The notes below the pieces were generated by a model. The model made no database searches. It was not told where the DNA came from and worked only from the letters and a program-made list of their open reading frames with translations. A program made the translations under genes and the position numbers. A stretch of DNA of 64,000 nt from an uncultured Microbacter sp. (lineage in GTDB: Bacteria > Bacteroidota > Bacteroidia > Bacteroidales > Paludibacteraceae), in the NCBI GenBank assembly GCA_963678265.1, contig OY782761.1:2490714-2554713 (forward strand), given 5' to 3'. Numbering within the stretch: position 1 is the first letter of the stretch; every line of letters begins with the position of its first letter. Below are positions 10,227-20,195 of this stretch, in pieces.

Positions 10227-10916
10227 TTAAAAATTCAGTTTAAGTTTCATTCCTAATGAAGCATTTAAGCCCCCTTGTTGTAAATTACTATTGTTAAGCA
10301 ATGTGGGCGCTATTTTCATCGACAGATCGGGCGATACGTCAAAATCGGCCAACTGAGCGTCGACATATGCATCGACCATTGAGATGGCATATAGGCCAAT
10401 AGCGCAAATCACACTTAAATCGCGGTAACGACGATAGGTATCTACCTTGTTTTTTAATGCCGTGGTCAGATCTGCGGTAGAATATAAATGTTGTTGGCCG
10501 GGTGGTATGAAATGGAGATAGCTTGTTGTGTTCGGGTTGCTGTCGGTAATATCGAGATATGCATTTTTATAATCGTTGTACATCTTTCCATTCCACGAAA
10601 TAGCATATATCAATCCGGCAAATCCTCCGTATAACAAGGGTAATTTCCAGTATTTTCTGTTGTAAATCTGGCCCAAACCCGGCACAAGCGCGCCCAACCA
10701 AACGGCACGCGAAGGATTGGGCTTGAATATTGTTTGATGTAGTGTGTCGGCGACGGCCTTCTTTACGGTTTTATGATCCGATAACGAAAACGCAATGGTA
10801 TCTCTTACCACTTTTGTCGAATCATTCAGGGAAAGAGCATGGACGTTTATTGTTAAAAAGCACGCCAACAGTATGAGCAATAGCTGTCTCAAAATTGTTC
10901 TGTTTTGTTCGGTCAA
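10227..10916 (-). CDS. DUF5683 domain protein
   Basis: Motif VPGLGQIYNRKYWKLPLLYGG. It lies directly downstream of parB with a 4-nt overlap, the usual Bacteroidetes arrangement. Confidence 0.65.
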   Translation of the reverse strand: MTEQNRTILRQLLLILLACFLTINVHALSLNDSTKVVRDTIAFSLSDHKTVKKAVADTLHQTIFKPNPSRAVWLGALVPGLGQIYNRKYWKLPLLYGGFAGLIYAISWNGKMYNDYKNAYLDITDSNPNTTSYLHFIPPGQQHLYSTADLTTALKNKVDTYRRYRDLSVICAIGLYAISMVDAYVDAQLADFDVSPDLSMKIAPTLLNNSNLQQGGLNASLGMKLKLNF

Positions 10917-11791
10917 CTCAATTTATCGAAAAGATCCATTAATCGCTCCAGTTCGGCATCGGAACTGAAGTTAATGGTGATTTTACCTTTTCCTTTGTCG
11001 TTGCAAGAAAACTGTACTTTCGACTGTAGACGCTCTGACAGACGGTTCTGAATCAGGGCGTGTTCTGCCGGGGTGGTCGTGGCTTTCTTTGCGGGTATTG
11101 TTTCCGATACCGGCGATGATGTCTCTTCGTTTGCCCGTACCATCTCTTCCACTTTTCTTACCGAAAGGTGATTAGCTAATATCTCTTCGTAAATCGAAAT
11201 TTGTTTTGCAGGATCTTCGATGGTTATCAGCGCCTTGGCATGTCCCATGTCTATTTGCTTGTTCTTGATTCCCATCTGTATTTCGGCCGGTAACCGAAGC
11301 AAACGTAAATAGTTGGAAATGGTAGCACGCTTTTTGCCAACCCGTTCGCTCAGTCGTTCCTGAGTCATCTTATATTCTTCGAGCAAACGATGAAAAGTGA
11401 GGGCTACTTCTATGGCATTCAAGTCTTCACGTTGAAGATTTTCGATCAGCGCCATTTCCATCACCAGATCATCTTCTGCCTTCTTGACATATGCCGGAAT
11501 GGTGGTGAGACCCGCCATTTTCGATGCGCGGTAACGACGTTCGCCCGCAATAATCTGATAATTATTCTCGTTAACCTCTCTCAATGTGATCGGTTGAATA
11601 ATACCAATTTCCCTGATAGATGCCGATAATTCGGATAGCGCTTCTTCGTCGAAAAAAGTTCTTGGCTGGTTGGGATTCGGATGTATCTTGGCAATCTCTA
11701 TTTCGTTGATAGACGATGATCCAGCTGTGCTGATAGGTTCTATATCAATGAGAGCGCCAAGGCCGCGTCCGAGTGCATGTTTTTGTACCAT
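10913..11791 (-). CDS. parB: chromosome partitioning protein ParB
   Basis: ParB box (IIQPITLR, GERRYRAS) and an HTH (TQERLSERVGKKRATISNYLRLLRLP). Confidence 0.95.
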   Translation of the reverse strand: MVQKHALGRGLGALIDIEPISTAGSSSINEIEIAKIHPNPNQPRTFFDEEALSELSASIREIGIIQPITLREVNENNYQIIAGERRYRASKMAGLTTIPAYVKKAEDDLVMEMALIENLQREDLNAIEVALTFHRLLEEYKMTQERLSERVGKKRATISNYLRLLRLPAEIQMGIKNKQIDMGHAKALITIEDPAKQISIYEEILANHLSVRKVEEMVRANEETSSPVSETIPAKKATTTPAEHALIQNRLSERLQSKVQFSCNDKGKGKITINFSSDAELERLMDLFDKLS

Positions 11792-11845
11792 ATCGTTCTT
11801 TTATAAGGTCCTTCGGTTTGCTGGTAAAAAATGGTAGAAACAAAA

Positions 11846-12619
11846 TTACTCTTCGGTTTCTTCTCTGGCAATAAGTTCTTTGGCCAGGTCAAGGTAGTTT
11901 TGAGACCCTTTCGATTCTCTGTCGTACAGTAAAACAGGTTTGCCATGGCTGGGCGCTTCACTGAGTTTGACATTTCGTTGAATAACGGCCTTGAAAACCA
12001 AATCGCCGAAGTGTTTTTGCACTTCGTTGTAGACCTGATTGGCTAAACGCAACCGGTTGTCGTACATGGTCAGCAAAAATCCTTCAATGGCCAGTTCGGG
12101 ATTGAGCTTTGTCTTGATTATCTTAATAGTGTTGAGCAGCTTGCTGATTCCTTCGAGTGCAAAATATTCGCACTGTACCGGAATAATGACTACGTCGGAG
12201 GCCGTCAGCGCATTGACGGTTATCAAACCGAGCGAAGGCAGGCAGTCAATCAAAATATAGTCGTAATCACCTTTCATCGGTTGCAACATGCGTCGCATAA
12301 TCTTTTCCCGGTGTTCGATTTCGAGCATCTCAATTTCGGCACCAACTAAGTCTATGTGAGAGGGAATAATAGAAAGATTGTCTAATTCAGTCGGGAGAAT
12401 TGCCTCCTTAGGTTGAATCTCTTCTACCAGACATTCGTAAATACTTTTCTTTACTTCGCGCACATCTACTCCTAAACCGGATGAGGCATTGGCTTGCGGG
12501 TCGGCATCGACAAGAAGAACTTTCTTTCCCAGCGACGCTAACGATGCAGCCAGATTTATAGCTGTGGTGGTTTTGCCAACACCTCCTTTTTGGTTTGCTA
12601 AAGCAATAATCTTTCCCAT
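11846..12619 (-). CDS. parA: ParA/Soj partitioning ATPase
   Basis: Deviant Walker A motif (NQKGGVGKTTTAINLA). 257 aa, upstream of parB. Confidence 0.95.
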   Translation of the reverse strand: MGKIIALANQKGGVGKTTTAINLAASLASLGKKVLLVDADPQANASSGLGVDVREVKKSIYECLVEEIQPKEAILPTELDNLSIIPSHIDLVGAEIEMLEIEHREKIMRRMLQPMKGDYDYILIDCLPSLGLITVNALTASDVVIIPVQCEYFALEGISKLLNTIKIIKTKLNPELAIEGFLLTMYDNRLRLANQVYNEVQKHFGDLVFKAVIQRNVKLSEAPSHGKPVLLYDRESKGSQNYLDLAKELIAREETEE

Positions 12620-12688
12620 ATATCTAATTGATTTGCGAATTCAAATTTGTCTTGCCAACTATGCGTTTAAGTGATTGAAAATAACAGT

Positions 12689-13711
12689 TTACAAATAACC
12701 TGCCATTTTTTCAACAATATCTTTACTCTCTATTGCATTGAGGCACTCATAGGTGCCGAATTTGCACGGAACATTCCCAAAAATGGAACATGGCCGGCAA
12801 GCTAACGGTAGCTGAACGGCATTGTGTTCGGGTTGATTCATTCCATAAAACCCTGCGTAGGGATGTGTCGCACCCCAAACGGATATTACCGGCGTACCGA
12901 CCAGAGAGGCGAGGTGCATATTTCCCGAATCCATGGTGAGCATTACGTCCAGTTCTTTCATCAGCAACAGTTCGGTGTCGAATGGCAGTTTGTCTACAAC
13001 CGATTCCGTTTTCGGATATTTTTGTATCCAGTCGTCTATTAATTGTCGCTCTTTTTCTCCGGCTCCGAACAAAAAAATACGGATGTCGTCTTGCCTGGAA
13101 AAATAGTCGATGATGGTTTCTATTTTGCTGAACGGCAATTGTTTTCCGATGTGTTGCGAAAACGGAGCAATGCCGATCCACTTGCCGCTTTTTGTGCCGA
13201 AAGTTGCGTAAATCGGTTCTCTGGATGTTAGCGTTTCAAAAGGTAAACCACCATTGACAGATCCGATAGTGAGTCCTAACAACGAGAATACAACCCGGTA
13301 GCGTTCGATCGATGAGGTAAGTTGAACGGATTGAAGGTGACCCTTTTCTATCAACTCTTTTTTTTCTGCCCGGCCTTTATCAATAACAAGCAGTTTTGTG
13401 CCCGTTACACGAAAAAGCGAACCCAGTATTTTGGTTCGTAAGACATCGTGCAGGTCAACCACATAATCAAAGTGGCGCATTTTGCGCAATTGGCGGAATA
13501 GTTTGAAAATTCCCTTGAATCCTTTATGCGTACCACGCTTTTCGAAGGCAACAAAATCGATATTTGCATGTCCTTTCAGCAGTGGAGCTACCAAGGGCAT
13601 AGAAACCACCGTGAAATGATGCTCGGGGTATCGTAGCGCAATAGAGCTGACCACCGGGATCATCATCGCTACATCTCCTAATGCCGATAAGCGTGTAACA
13701 AGTATATTCAC
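12689..13711 (-). CDS. glycosyltransferase family 9 (heptosyltransferase-like)
   Basis: N-terminal ILVTRLSALGDV and C-terminal DSGNMHLASLVGTPVISVWG, both GT9 hallmarks. Confidence 0.8.
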   Translation of the reverse strand: MNILVTRLSALGDVAMMIPVVSSIALRYPEHHFTVVSMPLVAPLLKGHANIDFVAFEKRGTHKGFKGIFKLFRQLRKMRHFDYVVDLHDVLRTKILGSLFRVTGTKLLVIDKGRAEKKELIEKGHLQSVQLTSSIERYRVVFSLLGLTIGSVNGGLPFETLTSREPIYATFGTKSGKWIGIAPFSQHIGKQLPFSKIETIIDYFSRQDDIRIFLFGAGEKERQLIDDWIQKYPKTESVVDKLPFDTELLLMKELDVMLTMDSGNMHLASLVGTPVISVWGATHPYAGFYGMNQPEHNAVQLPLACRPCSIFGNVPCKFGTYECLNAIESKDIVEKMAGYL

Positions 13712-13781
13712 GGAACTCCTAACTTTTGATTTTGGTTAGACAGACACTAATTCCTGTTCGATAGTAAATTACAAACAAAAT

Positions 13782-14402
13782 TTATTTAGCGTACAGCACC
13801 GGATTCAACGCCGGATCGTTATACATTTTCATCTGTTTATACACTTTCATCCATTTGCGTCCGGCTTCGATGTCGCTAAGCAACAGGTCGATGGCCGACG
13901 AAAGATCCACCTGCTGTTCGAGTAATATATCGAGCTTCTTTTTACATTCGGCACGGTGTGCATCCGAAGCCTCTTTACGATCGGCTTCTTGTTGCATGTG
14001 ATAAATCTTGAGCGCCAGAATCGACAACCGGTCGATGGCCCATGCCGGACTTTCCGTGTTGATAGAGGCACCATCCATTTTAGCCACCCCTTTGTATTTA
14101 TCTAAAAAATAGCTGTCGATCAACTCCACCAAATCGGTCCTGTCCTGATTCGATTTGTCGATGCGACGTTTGATTTGGAGCGCTTCTACCGGATCAATTT
14201 CCGGATTGCGGATAATGTCTTCCAAATGCCATTGTACCGTATCGATCCAGTTCTTCAGAAAAAGGTAAAATTCAATGGTCTTTACTTCATACGGATTGCT
14301 TATGGGCGTGTCCACATGATCGGTAACATGATATTGGTCGATTGCAGCTTCGAAAATGGTGTTGCAAAGGTGACTGAACATATGTGTTGAATTAATAATC
14401 AA
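13782..14402 (-). CDS. DUF4254 domain protein
   Basis: A helical 200-aa protein immediately upstream of the GT9 gene. The family call is from memory of this conserved pairing. An alternative start is at 14381. Confidence 0.5.
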   Translation of the reverse strand: MIINSTHMFSHLCNTIFEAAIDQYHVTDHVDTPISNPYEVKTIEFYLFLKNWIDTVQWHLEDIIRNPEIDPVEALQIKRRIDKSNQDRTDLVELIDSYFLDKYKGVAKMDGASINTESPAWAIDRLSILALKIYHMQQEADRKEASDAHRAECKKKLDILLEQQVDLSSAIDLLLSDIEAGRKWMKVYKQMKMYNDPALNPVLYAK

Positions 14403-14478
14403 TAATTAATAATGAACTGCTGCGCTTGATGGCGACTCCAACTCCGTTATTAATTATTAATTGTTCATTATTAATTGA
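14403..14478. repeat. AT-rich inverted repeat (aattaataatgaac / gttcattattaatt) filling the ahcY-DUF4254 spacer
   Basis: 14-nt arms at 14404-14417 and 14463-14476. A related aattaataattaacaattaataatt string occurs at 18653-18680. Confidence 0.6.
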
Positions 14479-15900
14479 TTAATATCTGTAGTGTTCCGGT
14501 TTGAACGGACCATCTTGCGCTACCCCAATGTAGCTTGCCTGTTCGGGTGTGAGTCGGGTCAGTTTGACACCGATTTTTTCGAGATGCAGGCGGGCAACCT
14601 CTTCGTCGAGTTTCTTCGGTAAGCGGTAAACGTTTACGTCATATTTATTGGTGAAAAGTTCGATCTGAGCTAGAGTCTGGTTTGTAAACGAATTACTCAT
14701 CACAAACGAAGGGTGACCAGTTGCACAACCCAGATTTACTAAACGGCCATCGGCCAACAATAGTATGTCATGTCCGTCGGGGAAGATATATTTATCTACC
14801 TGCGGTTTGATATTTTCGTGACGGATGCCCGGGAATGTTTTCAGTTTGTCGACCTGAATTTCGTTGTCGAAGTGACCGATGTTGCAGATGATAGCCGCGC
14901 TCTTCATCTTTTCAATGTGTTCGATGCGGATAATATCGCGGTTACCGGTGGTCGTAACATAAATATCACCTTCGGCCAGCGCCTCTTCTACGGTGGTTAC
15001 TTCAAAACCTTCCATGGCAGCTTGCAGGGCACAAATCGGGTCGATTTCGGTAACGAGTACGCGTGCCCCATACGAGCGCATGGAGTGTGAACATCCTTTG
15101 CCTACGTCGCCATATCCGCAAACAACAACCACTTTACCTGCAATCATGATGTCGGTGGCACGTTTAATGCCATCGGCCAACGATTCGCGGCAGCCGTAGA
15201 GATTGTCGAACTTCGATTTGGTAACCGAGTCGTTGACATTGAAAGCCGGGAATAAAAGCTTACCCTCTTCGAGCATTTGATAGAGGCGATGTACACCGGT
15301 TGTGGTCTCTTCCGATACACCACGAATTTCGGGAACCATGCGTGTCCAGAGCGAAGCGTCTTTTTTCAACACCTCTTTTAATATGGAGTAGAGTTCGCGT
15401 TCGTCTTCGCCATCGGCAGCTTTATCGAGAATGGAAGCCTCTTTTTCGGCATTGTTGCCTACATGAATCATCATGGTGGCATCGCCGCCATCATCAACAA
15501 TCACGTTCGGACCCTTGTTGCCTTCAAACAAAAGTGCCTGAAGGGTGCACCACCAGTACTCGGCCAGCGTTTCGCCTTTCCATGCAAATACCGGAACTCC
15601 GGCAGCGGCTATGGCAGCGGCAGCATGATCTTGCGTAGAATAGATATTACAACTTGCCCAACGTACTTCGGCACCCAGTTCTACCAGCGTTTCTATTAAC
15701 ACGGCAGTTTGGATGGTCATATGCAGCGAACCCATGATACGGGCTCCCTTCAGCGGTTTTTGTTTTCCATATTTTGCGCGTAATGCCATCAAACCCGGCA
15801 TCTCTTTTTCGGCAAGTATAATTTCTTTACGGCCAAAGTCTGCCAGTGCAATATCTGCAACTTTATAGGGCAGACCCGAAAATAGTTGTTCTTTTATCAT
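14479..15900 (-). CDS. ahcY: adenosylhomocysteinase
   Basis: 473 aa. NAD-binding motif GYGDVGKG, plus DDGGD and the SAHH motifs [11 protein letters not shown]-like ([15 protein letters not shown]). Confidence 0.95.
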   Translation of the reverse strand: MIKEQLFSGLPYKVADIALADFGRKEIILAEKEMPGLMALRAKYGKQKPLKGARIMGSLHMTIQTAVLIETLVELGAEVRWASCNIYSTQDHAAAAIAAAGVPVFAWKGETLAEYWWCTLQALLFEGNKGPNVIVDDGGDATMMIHVGNNAEKEASILDKAADGEDERELYSILKEVLKKDASLWTRMVPEIRGVSEETTTGVHRLYQMLEEGKLLFPAFNVNDSVTKSKFDNLYGCRESLADGIKRATDIMIAGKVVVVCGYGDVGKGCSHSMRSYGARVLVTEIDPICALQAAMEGFEVTTVEEALAEGDIYVTTTGNRDIIRIEHIEKMKSAAIICNIGHFDNEIQVDKLKTFPGIRHENIKPQVDKYIFPDGHDILLLADGRLVNLGCATGHPSFVMSNSFTNQTLAQIELFTNKYDVNVYRLPKKLDEEVARLHLEKIGVKLTRLTPEQASYIGVAQDGPFKPEHYRY

Positions 15901-16096
15901 TTGATGATAGATGTTTTTACACTGAGAAATGCCTTACGGTGGAATTATACGTTAAAAACAGCAGATGGAAATTCCCAGGCAAGCCCCTCGTGAGATGTTT
16001 ACAGTAGCTTAGTCTGTTTACACAACAAAGCATCTTCATAGATATCTGATACTATGAAGAATGCAGCGAATGTGTATGTTTTCTCTTAATTGCAGA

Positions 16097-16104
16097 CAAA
16101 GATA
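16097..16104 (-). promoter_or_regulatory. -7 box (TAnnTTTG) for ahcY
   Basis: The minus strand reads tatctttg. It lies about 195 nt upstream of the ahcY ATG, which implies a long leader. Confidence 0.4.
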
Positions 16105-16214
16105 TGCTTTATTTTTGAAAGTAGGGAAGGCCTTTTTGGTATTTTTGCAAGTCGGAGTAAGATACCATACTCTTTTTTGCAAAATTTGAATTTGGCTTTT
16201 TAAAGCGAATGTTC

Positions 16215-16222
16215 TACTTTTG
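16215..16222 (+). promoter_or_regulatory. -7 box (TAnnTTTG) for the Yip1-smpB unit
   Basis: tacttttg lies 26 nt upstream of the ATG at 16248. Confidence 0.5.
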
Positions 16223-16247
16223 CAGGGATAAAATAGGATGAAGAATT

Positions 16248-16817
16248 ATGTATAAGGAAATTATCAGAAAAATTGTTTTATTGCTCACCAAACCTGAAGT
16301 GGCCTGGCCTCAATTTGTTAAGGAGGGATTTTCTAACAAACAGATATTGAAACAGTTTTGCTATCCTTTGATGGGGGCGGCGTCTGTTCTTAAGATACTT
16401 CAGGAAGCAATTTTTCACAGGCATCCGGCTTATCCTATTCATGTTCTTATTGTTCACGGTTTGGTCTCTTTCGGTTCTCTTTTTGCCGCATTCTATATTC
16501 TTCAGTATGTTTTGAAAATTTTAATGCAGAAAAGATATGCCATTACTCCCACCAAAGAGCAATCGGCTATCGTGATCGGCTACGGACTGGTTTTGGTCTT
16601 TTTGTTGTTTATCGCTACGGCCATTTTACCCAGTTTCTTCTTCCTCTGGATCTTTTATTTATATACTGCTTTTTTGCTTTGGGTTGCTGCCGAGGTGGTA
16701 TTTAACCTCAAAGTCGAAGATAGGGGCGTGTTTGTTATTGGCATGACATTTTTTATGATGATCGTGCCGGTTGTATTGTACGGACTTCTCCGAGGCATGA
16801 TGCCTAATCTTCAGTAA
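16248..16817 (+). CDS. Yip1-family integral membrane protein
   Basis: 189 aa with 5 predicted TM helices after a soluble N-terminus. Confidence 0.55.
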   Translation: MYKEIIRKIVLLLTKPEVAWPQFVKEGFSNKQILKQFCYPLMGAASVLKILQEAIFHRHPAYPIHVLIVHGLVSFGSLFAAFYILQYVLKILMQKRYAITPTKEQSAIVIGYGLVLVFLLFIATAILPSFFFLWIFYLYTAFLLWVAAEVVFNLKVEDRGVFVIGMTFFMMIVPVVLYGLLRGMMPNLQ

Positions 16818-16830
16818 AAGTTCCTTATCT

Positions 16831-17304
16831 TTGAATATGCATAAATCCTCCAATATCAACGTAAAAAACAGGCGCGCTTTTTTTGATTACGAGTTGTCCG
16901 ACTTTTTGGTCGCCGGCATTCAGTTGTTCGGTACCGAAATCAAAGCTATTCGTGAAGGAAAAGCCGGTTTGTCCGATTCCTATTGTCTGTTTATCAACGG
17001 GGAACTGTGGGTGAAGAATATGCATATTGCCGAATATTCGTTCGGTACCTATGCCAATCATGAATCCCGCCGGGATAGAAAACTGCTGGTAACCAAGCGC
17101 GAGCTGGCAAAACTGGTACGCGCAACCAAAGAAACCGGTTTGACTATTATACCTACTAAGTTGTTCGTCAACGAGAAAGGATTGGCTAAGCTGGAGATAG
17201 CTGTGGCTCACGGCAAGAAGAGTTATGATAAACGTCAGACGTTGAAAGAGAAAGAAGATAAACGTCAGATGGACAGAGCCTATAAATCGAAAATTGACAG
17301 ATAG
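16831..17304 (+). CDS. smpB: SsrA-binding protein SmpB
   Basis: [10 protein letters not shown]...[11 protein letters not shown]...[20 protein letters not shown], with a basic C-terminal tail. Confidence 0.95.
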   Translation: MNMHKSSNINVKNRRAFFDYELSDFLVAGIQLFGTEIKAIREGKAGLSDSYCLFINGELWVKNMHIAEYSFGTYANHESRRDRKLLVTKRELAKLVRATKETGLTIIPTKLFVNEKGLAKLEIAVAHGKKSYDKRQTLKEKEDKRQMDRAYKSKIDR

Positions 17305-17454
17305 TAACCAGCCGATGCGGTAGCCGGGGAATGTGTGATGATGAGATGAGAACTGTTCGTTGTTGGTTGTACAAGATTTGTAATCATTCGGGTTCAATTC
17401 AAAATGTAATTCCGCCTAAATGCGGTTAAATCTAATTCAAACAAAAATTCGCAC

Positions 17455-18654
17455 ATGCCAAAAATCTCGGGACGGGGCTTCGCAATGCCTCAATCGCCTA
17501 TTCGTAAACTGGTGCCTTTGGCCGATAAAGCAAAGGCTCGCGGCATCAAGGTGTTTCATCTCAACATCGGTCAGCCCGATCTTCCTACACCACAAGTCGC
17601 GCTTGACGCGTTGAAGGATATCGATCTGAAAATTTTTGAATATTCACCCAGCGACGGCTTACTGAGCCTACGCGAAAAGTTGGTGAAATATTACGCAAAG
17701 TACAAAATTAACGTCTCTGTCGAAGATATCATCATCACCACCGGTGGTTCGGAAGCCGTGAATATAGCCTTCTTGTCGTGCCTCGATCCGGATGACGAAA
17801 TTATTGTGCCCGAACCGGCTTATGCCAACTATACCGCGTTTGCTATCGGTAGCGGCGCTATTGTGCGCCCGGTGGTGTCGTCTATCGACGAGGGCTTTTG
17901 TCTGCCTCCGGTCGAACAGTTTGAAGAGTTGATTACGCCGCGTACCAAGGGAATTATGATTTGTAATCCCAACAATCCTACCGGCTATCTCTATACCCAA
18001 AAAGAGCTCAATCATATTCGTGATATTGTAAAGAAGCACGATCTGTTCCTCTTTTCCGATGAAGTGTACCGTGAGTTTTGTTATACGGGAGCGCCTTACA
18101 TCTCGGCATTTCATTTGAAAGGGATTGAGAATAATGTGGTGCTGATCGATTCGGTATCGAAACGTTATAGCGAATGCGGTATCCGCGTCGGGGCGTTGGT
18201 TACCAAAAATTCGGAAGTGAAGAAGAGCGCAATGAAGTTTTGTCAGGCTCGTTTGAGTCCGCCGCTCATCGGTCAGATTTTGGCGGAGGCTTCGATGGAT
18301 GCTTCGGAGGAGTATATGCTCGATGTCTACAATGAATATGTAGAGCGTCGTAAATTTATGATCGACGAGCTGAACCGTATTCCGGGTGTTTATTCGCCTA
18401 TCCCGATGGGGGCATTCTACACCGTGGCTCGTTTGCCAATCGACGATTCGGATAAATTTTGCGAATGGCTTTTGTCGACGTTTGAATATGAAGGACAAAC
18501 GGTAATGATGGCTCCGGCATCAGGATTTTATACAAATAAGGGAGTTGGGCGGAACGAAGTGCGTCTGGCATATGTGCTGAAGAAAGAAGAGCTGGCCAAA
18601 GCGCTGCTGGTGCTGCGCAAAGCGCTGGAGGTTTATCCGGGACGAACGATATAA
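17455..18654 (+). CDS. class I/II PLP-dependent aminotransferase (aspartate/aromatic type)
   Basis: NPNNPTG motif and the Schiff-base region SVSKRYSECGIRVG. 399 aa. Confidence 0.85.
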   Translation: MPKISGRGFAMPQSPIRKLVPLADKAKARGIKVFHLNIGQPDLPTPQVALDALKDIDLKIFEYSPSDGLLSLREKLVKYYAKYKINVSVEDIIITTGGSEAVNIAFLSCLDPDDEIIVPEPAYANYTAFAIGSGAIVRPVVSSIDEGFCLPPVEQFEELITPRTKGIMICNPNNPTGYLYTQKELNHIRDIVKKHDLFLFSDEVYREFCYTGAPYISAFHLKGIENNVVLIDSVSKRYSECGIRVGALVTKNSEVKKSAMKFCQARLSPPLIGQILAEASMDASEEYMLDVYNEYVERRKFMIDELNRIPGVYSPIPMGAFYTVARLPIDDSDKFCEWLLSTFEYEGQTVMMAPASGFYTNKGVGRNEVRLAYVLKKEELAKALLVLRKALEVYPGRTI

Positions 18655-18734
18655 TTAATAATTAACAATTAATAATTCATAGTTGTTGATTGTATACCGG
18701 TGAACTTACCTTTTTTAGAAACCTGAAATAAAAT

Positions 18735-18767
18735 AATGAGGTCGTCACTTTGGGTGACGACCTCATT
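18735..18767. terminator. strong hairpin downstream of the aminotransferase gene
   Basis: 14-bp perfect stem aatgaggtcgtcac/gtgacgacctcatt with a 5-nt loop. The T-tract is poor on the + strand. Confidence 0.45.
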
Positions 18768-18784
18768 TAACTAAAATAGCGATT

Positions 18785-20029
18785 GTGAATTTCCCCTTTT
18801 TTATAGCGAAACGAATTCATTTCGGAGGTGACAGCAAGCTGCGGGTATCGAAACCTGCGGTGCGTATTGCCATGTGGGGAATCGCCATCGGACTGGCCGT
18901 CATGATTATCACGGTGGCTATTGTGATGGGTTTCAAGCAGGAGGTACGCAATAAGGTGGTCGGTTTCGGTTCGCATATCCAAATCACACGCTTCGACAAT
19001 AATTCGACGTATGAGATGCGTCCGCTGCTGATTTCCGATTCGATGACCCGGGCTTTGGCAGGAGTGCCGGGGGTAAAGCATCTGCAGAAATTTGCCACCA
19101 AAGCGGGAATTATCAAGACGGAAAACGACTTTCAGGGCGTTGTGTTTAAAGGGGTCAATCGCCAGTTCGACTGGCAATTCTTTACGCAGAACATGGTGGA
19201 GGGAAAACCGTTGAGCATGAACGATACGGCACCCTCCAATCAGGTGGTGATCTCGAAGAAGATTGCCGATATACTTCATTTGAAGCTGCACGACGGCTTT
19301 ATCGCCTATTTTATTCAGGATCGGATTAAAGCGAAGAAATTTGTGGTGTCGGGTATCTATTCGACCAATTTCGGACAGTACGATAAATTGTTTATTCTGG
19401 CCGATATGCGAACGGTACAGCGTCTTAACGACTGGCAACCGAAGGAGGTCAGCGGGATGGAAATCGTTATCAACGATTTTAATCAACTGGATAGCGTGGG
19501 TGAGAAGGTGTACGCGAAGGTCGCCAACCGTTTCGATGAAAACGGGGCTCCCTACTACTCGCAGACCATTAAAGATATCAATCCGCAACTGTTTGCCTGG
19601 CTCGGATTGTTCGATATGAATGTCTGGGTGATTTTGGGTCTGATGATGGCGGTATCGGGTTTTGTGATGATTTCCGGCTTGCTGATTTTAATCCTCGAGC
19701 GTACGAATATGATCGGGATTCTGAAAGCATTGGGCACCACGAACTGGACGGTACGTAAGATTTTTCTTTACCACTCCTGCTTCCTTATCGGCAAAGGGAT
19801 GTTCTGGGGAAATTTCATCGGCCTGACTTTCTGTCTGGTTCAGAAATATACGGGTCTGATACCTCTCGATGCTTCCAACTATTATGTTTCGTCGGTTCCC
19901 ATTCTGCTCACAGTTCCGGCCATCCTGTTGCTGAACCTGGGTGTATTTGTGTTGTCGACCTTTATTCTGGTCGCACCGTCTTATCTTATCACAAAAATTA
20001 ATCCTGCCTCGGCTATCCGTTACGAATAA
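18785..20029 (+). CDS. FtsX-like ABC transporter permease (LolC/E-type)
   Basis: 414 aa. One N-terminal TM, a large periplasmic MacB-like domain, and 3 C-terminal TMs with the FtsX motif (ILKALGTTNWTVRKIF). GTG start. Confidence 0.8.
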   Translation: MNFPFFIAKRIHFGGDSKLRVSKPAVRIAMWGIAIGLAVMIITVAIVMGFKQEVRNKVVGFGSHIQITRFDNNSTYEMRPLLISDSMTRALAGVPGVKHLQKFATKAGIIKTENDFQGVVFKGVNRQFDWQFFTQNMVEGKPLSMNDTAPSNQVVISKKIADILHLKLHDGFIAYFIQDRIKAKKFVVSGIYSTNFGQYDKLFILADMRTVQRLNDWQPKEVSGMEIVINDFNQLDSVGEKVYAKVANRFDENGAPYYSQTIKDINPQLFAWLGLFDMNVWVILGLMMAVSGFVMISGLLILILERTNMIGILKALGTTNWTVRKIFLYHSCFLIGKGMFWGNFIGLTFCLVQKYTGLIPLDASNYYVSSVPILLTVPAILLLNLGVFVLSTFILVAPSYLITKINPASAIRYE

Positions 20030-20066
20030 TACATGATGCGGCATCGCATTCGTTTGAAGGAGTCAA

Positions 20067-20150
20067 GGGTCTGTTCAATAAACTGTGTCAGGGAAAGGAG
20101 TAAAATTATAACTTTACTCCTTTCCCTGACACAGTTTATTGAACAGACCC
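20067..20150. mobile_element. 84-bp palindromic MITE made of two IS256-family left-end repeats
   Basis: 41 of 42 positions pair across the centre. The first 51 nt equal the left end of the IS at 20582, apart from one substitution. It is flanked by the direct 8-bp repeat ggagtcaa (20059-20066 and 20151-20158). Confidence 0.85.
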
Positions 20151-20195
20151 GGAGTCAATATTTTTTGCAGATGCCAAAGTAGGTCGTTGGCTGCC

